DNA from: Nitrospirales bacterium
Lineage (GTDB): Bacteria; Nitrospirota; Nitrospiria; Nitrospirales; UBA8639
NCBI GenBank assembly: GCA_035344255.1
Contig: DAORAP010000014.1
Span: 2,105 to 66,104, forward strand
Length of the DNA: 64,000 bases
Reading direction: 5' to 3'
In this document: positions 20,795 through 30,553 of the stretch, in pieces
Numbering within the stretch: position 1 is the stretch's first letter
Layout of the letters: each line of letters starts with the position of its first letter
Made by a program: the position numbers and the translations under genes
The notes under the pieces: generated by a model
The model's input: only the letters and a program-made list of their open reading frames with translations
Told to the model about the DNA's origin: nothing
Database searches by the model: none

Positions 20795-21991
20795 TGGTCT
20801 TCCTCCGTTTTCACGGACAGGTTAAAGAAGACTCATGGACTTCCTTCGTTTTCATAGACACTCAGTGTAATATTGCCATCTACTGCTCATAGTCCATTCG
20901 GCTGATATTTCCAGGTGCTGATGGCGTATCGCCCGATTATAAAACACCTCAATACAATCGCATATTTCTGCTCGCGCAGCTTCCCGTGTTTTGAAGATGT
21001 GACAGCGTACTTTCCCCTTCTTCAGGCCACCAATGAAGGAGTCGACCGTCACGTTCTCATAACAATTCCCTCTGCGACTCATGCTTGGTATCAAGTCATG
21101 CGTCTGGCAGAACCGATTCCATTCATCGCCGCCTAACTGCCCCTCCTGATGCCAGTGGATAATGACGTCATGTTCGGGCTTGCGAGGTCCATCGCCGCCG
21201 CCAGGTACAGCCAACCTTCGTAGGTACGAATATAGGTGATGTCGGAGACCCACGCACGATCCGGTCTGTCCATCAAATGTTGTTGGCGCAATCCATTTGG
21301 TGCCGCCATGGCAGGCTTGGCGTAGTGGATGTCTGGCCGCTTGTAGCCGCGCGAGTCGCGTAGTATCTTGTTGCGCTTCATCATCTTCGCAATTCGGTCC
21401 TTGCCCACACACTCTCCCACCCCACGCCGATCGCACAGAATGCGGGACGCGCAGAAGGTATGGCCACTCGCCTCATACGACTCGCGGATCTGTCCTAGTA
21501 GCCGGTCATCGTTCATATACCCCAGTGAACCTGCTGCTAAAACCAACCGTACTAACCACTTTCCAATCCGGGACACATCGGCTGCACCACATACCTGTCT
21601 TTATGCTGCAAAATGAAGGCATACCTAGCTCCGGGTTTTTCGCGAAGTACGCGGCCTTTAGTTCAACCAATCGTCTCTCCATCCGCAGTCGACGGCTTCC
21701 TTCTTCGAGTTCATGGATCCGCTGCTGCTCAGTGAAGCGCTTGCCGTTGCCAGAAAAGGCTTCCGCCTTATGAGCTTCCAGTTCGTACTTGCAACGCCCA
21801 ATCAACGCGCCACTCGCCCCTAAACTGCTCCCCGCAGCCCCACAACTGCATCCATACTCTACCACCAACCCGACCGGTTCGTGTTTAAATTCCGGACTGT
21901 GATGCCTACGTGGTCGTTTTTTCATTCAACACCTCGTTTCGAATCATTATCTTATTCTTAACTCGGTGTCCGGTATTCCAGGGAAATATCA
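20795..21991 (-). mobile_element. Degenerate IS3-family element related to the 29007/38698 element
   Basis: Ends TGGTCTTCCTCC / GGGAAATATCA. orfA MKKRPRRHHSPEFKHEPVGLVVEYG; orfB WVSDITYIRTYEGWLYLAAAMDL and SRRGNCYENVTVDSF, with frameshifts. Confidence 0.85.
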
Positions 21992-22335
21992 ATTACATCT
22001 CTTGAAATAAGAGATGACCTCCTCCAGAATATGATAATACGTGTACTTGGGGATAGGCTATCGAAAAGTCGCATAACATGGGGCGGTAAGTTGTGATTCG
22101 TACTTCCTCTTGCCAACCCAACCACTAAAGGAGAAGATCTCTTACTATTCACGTTTGCTGGGAGGACATACAAGTATAAAACATGATGTTATAAAGGAAG
22201 GGTAACCTTCCGCAGTTGATCATCCCTTACTTGCATTTCTGGTTGTTTAAACAAAATCGCTACTTCTCCAGTGGGCTTTCCGTAAAGTGCGAGTTATTCA
22301 AATGAGTAAATTGGTCGGATAAATCACCTAATTTT

Positions 22336-23571
22336 TGTAATGCTTCCCTGAATCAAGCCATCTGTAAGCCTTGTTCCTGACGAAATTGACGAGGGCTCCG
22401 GTATTGGAACGCTTGATGAGGGCGCTCCTCTTTGTACAAGCGCATCCATGTATGAATTCCTTGTCGGGCTTCCTCGAAGCTGCCAAATCGAGATTGCCAG
22501 ATGCACTCCTCTTTGAGCCTCCGAAAGAACCGTTCAATTAACCCATTCTGTTGCCGCGTGTACGGGGTAATAAATTCCTGCGCTAACCGATAGGCGCGAC
22601 AAGTTTGTCGAAAGCGGCGGCTCTAAAAAACTAACCCGTTGGCACTTCGAAGGACCGGGTGGAACCCATGGGACGAAGGGTGCCGAAGCGAGCGAGACAG
22701 GCAGATTCGTTCGCCCGTTCCGCCTCCTGAGCCCGTCCCCGCAACGCGAACTCATAGCCAATAATTTCGCGATCATGACAATCAATGACGGCCGTCAGAT
22801 GCCCCCAGCCGTCCTCCCCCCAGAGGATATGAGTTATCTCCATGGCCCAGCGATGATTACTTTTCGTCGTTCGAGTTCGACGAGATTGCACACGCGGGCG
22901 TGGGGTCACGGAACGTTGGTGCACCAACCAACGCTTCAGACGTAAGGCCCGATACACCGCTTTACGATTATGGATGTGCTCATGACGAAATCATAAAAGC
23001 GCCCACAGACGGCGATACCCATAGGTCGGATATGCTTGAATCAGCGGCTCGAGCTTCGCCACGAGTGCCTCCGCGAGCGTCGCACAAGCCCGCTTGCCTT
23101 TGTCCGGCCGATGCAGCGCCGATCGGCTCCCCTGGAGAAGACGACAGACGGTTCGTTCAGAGATGTCCGGCCTCACGGCTCTCATGCGTCGGACATCTCC
23201 CGTGTTAAAGGGTACGGTTTGATGGCCTCTCGTCATCAATCTCTACCACGAGTTCTCCAATCTTTTGACGGAGTTTTTTGATCTATTCTGCTTTCAAGGC
23301 TTCCTCATCTTTGGGACGCCGCCGCAAGCCATTCTCTGCCACCCGAAGATACTGATCTTGCCAACTCTCCACGTCGGCTACTCGCAGGTCGTGTTGCCGA
23401 GTCGCTTCAGCGACCGACGTCTCCCCTTTGAGAACCCGCAAGATCAAAGCGGCCCGTCATTTGGCGGTCCAGCGTTCAATGGGGTCTTTGCAGGTGGGCT
23501 CATCAGGCTTCCTCCCTTTAAGTTGTGGGGTATGTCTTAAAGGTGGTCTCACTTTCAAGAGGGGCAGTATA
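22336..23571 (-). mobile_element. Degenerate IS3-family element, copy B
   Basis: Direct repeat of 14321-15556 (offset 8015) with identical internal ORF-track translations. No TSD. Confidence 0.88.
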
Positions 23572-23695
23572 AACTGTTCCACCAAACTAATTTCTGAAAG
23601 CAAATTTAAGTCAAGTTTCGTTCAATGACTGGGCCACCATTTTCAACTATTTTGGGCAAGAGTGAAACAATATTTTTCGGGAATAAACTCCTTAA

Positions 23696-25582
23696 TTAGG
23701 GTTGCATGTCAAACATTTCAAGCCATCGATCAAAGATAAACATGCGGAATAAGGCCTGACCTGACTCATCATTCGCCTTTCCATCCAGCATTTTCACTAA
23801 AAAACTTTGTGCATGATCATGTTGGACATAATCCCAGATTGGCCGATTTTTTTTAAATAATTTTTCCATCTCTTCCCGCAGAGGGCCACAAAGCCAATCA
23901 TCCTGAGGAGCTGCAAAACCGATTTTATCACGTCGATGACGAATTTTTTTTGGCAATTCCTTATCCAAGCCTAGCCTAAGGGGCTGCTTTGTCCAGCCAC
24001 AGCTATACAAGGTCGAGGGCTCAAAGGACAAACATAATTCAATCAGCTGATGATCAAGGAAAGGATATCGGCCCTCAACGGAGAATGCCATTGAATTCCG
24101 ATCGTCCCACTTAAGCAACCGCGGCAAAAACATGTTCCGAATTTCGTGAACTCTCCGGGTATGAGCATCCATGACCATGATGTCTTGCAGATGTTGTGGA
24201 GTAAGTTCCGATAAACTATTGCGGAGGTGGAGGGTCTTTTTGTTTTGTGAACAATATCGCCGAAACATTACTGGTATTTGTTTCATCAGATTAGGATTAC
24301 CCTTACCGAGACAGGCTCCCAAAAAGTGACTAGCCAGATCCAGTAGACGACCCTGCCGCCAGAGATCGCGCAGGTGTAAGAAATATGTTTGCCAATATCC
24401 AGAAAAAATCTCATCCCCGCCTTGTCCATTCAATGTAACGGGAACCCCAGCTTCATGGGTAAGTCGAGCAATACAATAACCAGAATACATGGAAAGATTA
24501 CCTACAGGCTCATCATGTATCCATATGAATCGATCCAGATCTTCGAGAAATTCACGGGGGTCAGGAGTTGAAAAGTGAGGCAAGGCATGAATATTCGTCA
24601 AAACAGCATCGACGTATTGTCGTTCATCAAATTTATGCTCAGGAAAGGTGGCCGTAAATGTATGAAGCGGAACCTCATGAGAATTGTTTATTGCACTGAC
24701 AAGCACAGCAATGGAACTTGAATCTAAGCCACCGCTTAATGCACAACCAACAGGCACATCACTCCGTAAGTGAATTCGGACAGATTCTTTAAGTTTGTCC
24801 GAGAAGAGTTCTGCTGCTTCATTTGAACTTTTAACAACAACCTGAACCCTTTCGGGATTCCAATAACTCTCAGGAGAGGAAATTTTCAGCCCATCCAGAG
24901 CAATTCTTATCCAAGTCCCACCAGGCACAGGACGGACATCACAAAAGAAACTTCGATTCGAATCTTCATAGCCGGTTTGGAGATACAACGTTGAGGCCAT
25001 AGGATCTATTTTTGGGTTAAACCCGGGGATACGCAGAAACTGTTTAATCTCTGAGGCAATGGCAATTAACCCCGATCCTTCCCATAGGTAAAGTGGTTTA
25101 ATTCCTAGTCGGTCACGGCAGAGAATTACTTCATTTCGATGAGAGTCAAAAATTAAAAGCCCCCACATTCCTCGAAAGTAGGCAAAACAGTCAGTGCCCC
25201 ACTCGGAGTATGCAGCAAGAATTACTTCGGTGTCTGTTGAAGACTGAAAGTTGTGGCCAAGACGCTTTAGTTCTGCTCGAATTTCAATAAAATTAAAGAC
25301 TTCACCGTTGTAAACAATCCAGAATCTTTTTCCATAAACCATCGGTTGATGCCCAGCGGTGCTCAAATCGAAGATCGAAAGCCTCCGGTGGCCAAGACCT
25401 ATTTCCCATGCTGACTCCCCTTGGTCCCCTTCCCACTCAGAATAGATTGGCCCAAAACGCCTATAAAATTTACTGCCCCGATCATCTGGACCACGGTAAC
25501 TAACTTCGTCCCGCATGGCATTTAATATTTCAGTCGAACAATTGACAGCACGCAACTTTAAAATTGCAGCTACTCCACACAT
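23696..25582 (-). CDS. asnB: Asparagine synthetase (glutamine-hydrolysing)-family amidotransferase
   Basis: MCG N-terminal nucleophile, LGHRRLSIFDLS, YNGEVFN, RDRLGIKPLY, PP-loop LSGGLDSS, GQGGDEIFSGY and EGRYPFLDH. Confidence 0.93.
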   Translation of the reverse strand: MCGVAAILKLRAVNCSTEILNAMRDEVSYRGPDDRGSKFYRRFGPIYSEWEGDQGESAWEIGLGHRRLSIFDLSTAGHQPMVYGKRFWIVYNGEVFNFIEIRAELKRLGHNFQSSTDTEVILAAYSEWGTDCFAYFRGMWGLLIFDSHRNEVILCRDRLGIKPLYLWEGSGLIAIASEIKQFLRIPGFNPKIDPMASTLYLQTGYEDSNRSFFCDVRPVPGGTWIRIALDGLKISSPESYWNPERVQVVVKSSNEAAELFSDKLKESVRIHLRSDVPVGCALSGGLDSSSIAVLVSAINNSHEVPLHTFTATFPEHKFDERQYVDAVLTNIHALPHFSTPDPREFLEDLDRFIWIHDEPVGNLSMYSGYCIARLTHEAGVPVTLNGQGGDEIFSGYWQTYFLHLRDLWRQGRLLDLASHFLGACLGKGNPNLMKQIPVMFRRYCSQNKKTLHLRNSLSELTPQHLQDIMVMDAHTRRVHEIRNMFLPRLLKWDDRNSMAFSVEGRYPFLDHQLIELCLSFEPSTLYSCGWTKQPLRLGLDKELPKKIRHRRDKIGFAAPQDDWLCGPLREEMEKLFKKNRPIWDYVQHDHAQSFLVKMLDGKANDESGQALFRMFIFDRWLEMFDMQP

Positions 25583-25583
25583 T

Positions 25584-26615
25584 TCACAACCTCATATTAT
25601 CTTTCTGAACATTCTCATAAATTTGGATTAAACGACCTGCAACATTTTCAACAGTTAATCCCTGCGAAATAAGTTGCTCACGACCGTTAGAACGAACACC
25701 TGCAAGAACGACTTTTTGGATGGCCACTGAGAGTGCTTGAGGGTCATAGGGTTCAATATATCCTGGATTTGTCTTGGAAAGTCTTTGGGCCACATCACCG
25801 CATGGGACGGAGACAACAGGCAGATTACATGACATAGCTTCCTTGACAATGTTGGGTGATCCTTCATGCAGGGATGTAACAAGGAGACAATCTGCCGCAT
25901 TCAACATCAGCATTACCTCCTCAGAAGTTACCTTTGATAGGAAGTATAAAGAAACATTGGAAATGGTCTGACTAAGGGTTTCAATGGTTTTACGGGCGAG
26001 AGTCAGATTTTTTCGTATTTGATCTTCACCGTGACTGGAATTGAACAGTACGATTTTCCCCTTTTGTGGCCAATTAAGTTTGGCGCGAGCTTCACATTGA
26101 TCTATAGGGCGGAAGAAACCTACATCGACCCCATTCGGAAGAATAATTGCCTTAGTTTTCAGGTTATCTGGCAGAGCTTGAAAAAGATTATAACTCTTAA
26201 CGATAATGGCATTGGCCCCTCTGGCAGCCCAAAGTCCAATAAATCTGCCGGCTCTTGAACGCCATCGCCAGCCTAGGCCTGGAGCGGGCGTCCCCAAAAG
26301 ATCGTCCCCACAAAACGATACCACCAGCGGGAGTTTCCCCCGAATAAAATAGCTGATGGCGGCTGTCATTGATCCATATTGGGCATGAATTAGGCCAGGG
26401 CTCTCCAGAGCCACCTCACTCCTTAACTTTCTAATATTTCGAACAATCCCTTTGATCGAGGTGCGATCATCCACCACTCCCATGAATATCTTCCATCCTG
26501 TTTTTTTAATCGACCTGGCCTGACTGTTCACAAATGTAAATACATTAGGAATTCCATTCTTCAAATTACTATTGGTTACCATAAACACCGAAGCATTAAC
26601 AGTTTTCATTTTCAA
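25584..26615 (-). CDS. Glycosyltransferase family 4 (TuaC-like)
   Basis: IHAQYG, SFCGDDL, ILPNGVD and HEGSPNIVKEAMSCNLPVVS. Ends 1 bp before the asnB start. Confidence 0.88.
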   Translation of the reverse strand: MKMKTVNASVFMVTNSNLKNGIPNVFTFVNSQARSIKKTGWKIFMGVVDDRTSIKGIVRNIRKLRSEVALESPGLIHAQYGSMTAAISYFIRGKLPLVVSFCGDDLLGTPAPGLGWRWRSRAGRFIGLWAARGANAIIVKSYNLFQALPDNLKTKAIILPNGVDVGFFRPIDQCEARAKLNWPQKGKIVLFNSSHGEDQIRKNLTLARKTIETLSQTISNVSLYFLSKVTSEEVMLMLNAADCLLVTSLHEGSPNIVKEAMSCNLPVVSVPCGDVAQRLSKTNPGYIEPYDPQALSVAIQKVVLAGVRSNGREQLISQGLTVENVAGRLIQIYENVQKDNMRL

Positions 26616-26630
26616 TAAGTCCCCTTACCC

Positions 26631-27040
26631 TGCTCTTCTTTCACTTTCGTGGACGAGTTTGTTAAGAGTTTCTGCGATCCGTTCTGCATACACCCCCGGT
26701 GCCAAGCTCTTGGAAGGAATACCTCTGGTGACGATTATAAAACCGTTCAAAGTAGTCAAAGATATTGCCCTGGGCTTCGATTCGAGCCCGATAGCGACGT
26801 CGATGGACTTGTTCGCGTTTCAATAACCCACAAAAAATTCGGCCACCGGGTTGTCATAACATTTTCCCACACCACTCTTGCTGCTAGCTCCCATGAGTGG
26901 ATAAGAAGGTTTGAAACTCATGGGCGGGGACTTGTGTCCCACGATCTGAATCTAAGGCCACGGCCTCTGAGGTCGTCCATTGCCCCACCCCCATCCGAAC
27001 GGCATGGATCACCAGGGCACAATCTTGCTCGGGTTGCATC
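26631..27040 (-). mobile_element. 3' relic of an IS3-family element
   Basis: Manual translation SDRGTQ..GKCYDNPVAEFF..LKREQVHRRRY..IFDYFERFYNR, with a terminal IR TGCTCTTCTTTCACTTTCGTGGAC. Truncated at 27040. Confidence 0.7.
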
Positions 27041-28239
27041 TGTAAGCTTCCCCGTCAAGCAGACAGTTGGACGGTAGAGTTTCCCAGCGTTGATTTCTGA
27101 TAGAGACACGGGGCTGTTCCCTGTAGGGCGTCATGGGGTCGAAGTTCATTGTAAGTCCTTATCCAATGGGACGTGATATCCCGCAGGTCTTCCAAACTCC
27201 GAAACAGATAGAGATTGAGCACTTCATTCCGATCCGTGCGATTAAACCGCTCGATAAAGGCAATCTACGTGGGGCGGCCGGATTGAATGTGGTAAATCAA
27301 CACGCGATTGGCCTTTCCTTAGTCTTGCAGGCTCTGCGCGAGGAACTCTGGACCGTTATCCAACCAGATCATACGCAGTATCTCTCGTGATTCCTTCAAC
27401 CGGTCGAGGACCCGAATGACCCGCTCGGCCCCCAGGGAGGTATCAATTTCAATCGCTAAGGCCTCCCGATTAAAGTCATCCATGATATTCAAGGTCCGAA
27501 ACCGCCCGCCGTGGTACAGGGCATCGCTCTGAAATCGGCCGACCACACTTCGTTGGGTCCCGGAGGCACAAAGACCTGGAGGGAGGGCCGCCTCGGCAGT
27601 CGGCGTTTTTCCCCCGGCGCGGCTGATTGAGCCCCAATTGCCGATAGACCCGGTATATCCGCTTGTGATTCCACCGCTTGCCTAAGGCGTGGAGCCGATC
27701 GATATATTTCCACACGCCCCAGCAGGGGTGTGTCTCCACCAACTGATTCAGGGCGTCAATGATATACCCGTCATGAACCTGCCAATGGCGTGGATTCTGA
27801 TAGTACGCCGACCAAGCGAACTTGACCGCGGCACACCCACGCATGATGGAAACCCCGTGGGTCGTCTGCATGGCATGCACGGCCTCCCGTTTCTCGGCCA
27901 GCGTTAGTGCTTTTTTCGATTAGATTCTTCAAGGCTCGATTCTCTAAGGCCAGATCGGCATACATCCGCTTGAGCTTCGAAAGTTCGCCCTCCATCTCCT
28001 TAAGCCGTTTCAGGTCATAGGCTTCGAGTCCGCCATATTTGGCCTTCCAATTGTAGTACGTCGCCTCGCTGATCCCATGTTCCCGCTAGAGATCTTTGAC
28101 CTTGATCCCGGCATCGGCTTGTTTCAGGATCCCAACAATCTGCGTTTCACTGAATCGTGTTCGTTTCATGAGAACCTCCTGGCGGCATTGTGCCAGAAAG
28201 CTCTTTTTCTTACCTGTCCTCGATTCGGGGAAGCTTACA
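27041..28239 (-). mobile_element. IS3-family IS407-group element (degenerate), diverged relative of 8872-11882
   Basis: IRs TGTAAGCTTCCCC / GGGGAAGCTTACA. orfA MKRTRFSETQIVGILKQADAGIKVKDL*; orfB fragments DDFNREALAIEIDTSL and LDNGPEF. Flanks CATC and GAGG do not match. Confidence 0.88.
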
Positions 28240-30441
28240 GAGGCACAGGAAACTGCTGGACGTTCAAGCACTCATCTCGCAAGCGCCCGTTAAATGATTA
28301 AAAAAAGCGTTTTCCATGGGTTTTCCAGACCGGATAAAGTCGAGCTGCACTCCACGCCGATAGGCTCAATCTTCCAGCGCACGTGATGGGAATTCTGTGC
28401 CATGATCTGCGCTAATCGACCGTGGGCCAGGGTTCCCTTTCAACGCACGATTCGACCACCGTGAGAATCCGAAATGGGCGTCAGTCCGCCAGGGTATCAT
28501 GGACAAAATCCATGCTCCAGCGCTCAGTCGGTCCCATGGAAGTGGGAGCTGGACCGCGATGCCACTCGATGGGTTTTCGTCTTCGTACTCGTATGCGTAG
28601 TTGGAGCCCTTCTAGGCGATAGCGGCGACGAACGCGTTTCCAATTGACGAGCCACCCTTCGCGCCGCAAAAGGACCCAGATCCTCAGATAACCAAACCGC
28701 GGACGGGCATGAGCCAAATCAAATCCGGAGGCGCAACGCCGATTGATCCTTGCCCCGATTACGTCGATACCAGGAGGAGCGCCCAAATCACCGAGAACCT
28801 CCGCTGAAACCACCGGATTAATTCCCGGCGGCGAGCGGGCCTCAGACTTTTTTTTCGTAATGCCTCCGACAACATGTGTTTGTTCAGAAAGAGATCCGCC
28901 ACCAGCCGCTTTTTATCGGATATTCTCTTCTTCCAGCTGGCGCAACCGTCGGTGTTCACTTACAACGAGATGGGCAAACTTTTTCTTGCACACATACAAC
29001 GTGGACTGATCTTCCCCCACAAGATTGGACACCCCGTTAAGCTGCCCGCTTAAAGACCATTGGAATCCTGTGTTCTATCGCCGAGTGCTTTCTTAGTCGA
29101 TTGTAATATGTTTCAATGTATTCCAAGATATTGGTTTGGGCTCAACGTCACGTCACATATCGTTTTCGATGAACAAGTTCAACTTTTAAAGTGTGAAAAA
29201 AGCTCTCGGTGACTGCGTTATCGGAGCCGGTAGCCCTGCGCCCCATGCTCCCGCGCAGGCTGTTGGTCGTGATCAATCGCTGGTAAGGGCGTGAGCAATA
29301 CTGGCTCCCACGATCAGAGTAAATGATCGTGTTTTTGGAAAAACCACGACGCAACAAGGCCATGGTGAGGGCGTCACAAACCAGGTGTTGCGTCATCCTT
29401 CGATTCATCGCCCACCCAACTATTGCGCGTGAGTGCAGGTCCATCATTACAGCTAGGTACAGCTACCCCTCATTCGTCCAGACAGAGGTGATGTCACTGG
29501 TCCATTTCTGATTGGGCGCCGCCGCGCTAAAGTCCTGCTCAAGCAGATCGGGGGCGACCGGCTTAGAGTAGTAATTCGAATCGGTCGCGACTTTGAATTT
29601 CTTTGCCTGAATCGCTTTTAGTCCCAGCGCACGCATCCTTCTGGCAATGCGGTTTTCGCTGTACATGAGGCCCTCATCGTTTAAGGCCGCGACGATTCGG
29701 GGGGTGCCATACCGTTGGCGATGCTCCACAAAGATCGCGCCGATCCGTCGATCCAGTTCGTTATTCAACCGCCCGTGCTCGCTCAACCCACGCCCGGTCC
29801 AGTCATAATAGCCACTTCGCGAGACGTTCAACACACCACACATGAGGGTAATTGGCCAGACCTTCTTCTGTTTCTCAATAAATTGATACCTCATGCGCTT
29901 TCCTTGGCAAAGAAGGCCGTGGCTTTTTTAAGATGTCTCGCTCCATTCGTAGTCGCCGATTCTCCGATTCGAGCTCATAGATCCGCTGCTGCTCTGGCTT
30001 ACGGTTCCCCTTGCCTGGAAAGGTAGCCGTCGCGTTGTCCGCTAGCTCATTCTTCCACCGTCCGATTAACCCGCCATTCGCCCCTAAACTCCGTCCAGCG
30101 GCCATACAGCTATAACCATGTTCCACCACTATGGCGACGGCAACGCGCTTGAATTCTTGACTGTGATGCCTGCATACTCGTTTCATCGTTCACCTCGCTT
30201 CGAATCATTATAGAATCCTTAACTCGGTGTCCGGTAGCCCGGGGGAAGATCAGACTCCGCCGCGCCCAGTTGACGACAGATGTTGCCCACCAATGTCCCG
30301 CCTCCCTTTGGCGAAGGGCATAGATGACCTGCTCCTCCGAAAATGTTGAGCGCTTCATGGGTCCCCTCCTTGCGTCTTGGACCATCGAAGTTTCCATTCT
30401 ACTCGGGCTTTTAAGTGCTGTCTTTTTTGGGAAGGAAGTCA
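28240..30441 (-). mobile_element. Degenerate IS3-family (IS407-like) element, interrupted by 29007-30252 and truncated at 28240
   Basis: orfA MKRSTFSEEQVIYALRQ rejoins across the insert as LGAAES|TLYVCKKKFAHL..RRLRQLEEEN. orfB ARPRFGYLRIWVLLRREGW and WSMDFVHDTLAD. End GGGAAGGAAGTCA at 30441. Confidence 0.8.
29007..30252 (-). mobile_element. IS3-family element, copy 1 (full length, orfB nonsense-mutated)
   Basis: IRs TGATCTTCCCCC / GGGGGAAGATCA with a 3-bp TSD GAC. Intact orfA ending at an A-AAA-AAG -1 frameshift motif; orfB has TAG in NEG*LYLAV plus two TGA near its end. Confidence 0.92.
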
Positions 30442-30553
30442 CTCCAGAAAGTTTAGGAGTAAAATTACTACTATCGAATAATATTCTATTTCCTATGTGG
30501 TTTTTCGAAAATCTAATCCGTAGCCCTGATGCAATGCAAAATTGAATCGGGCC

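Noticed and set aside
29455-29465. In-frame TAG in IS3 orfB as programmed read-through or pyrrolysine
   Set aside because: It replaces the conserved Trp of GWLYL by a single TGG>TAG change, and further stops follow, so it is an ordinary nonsense mutation.
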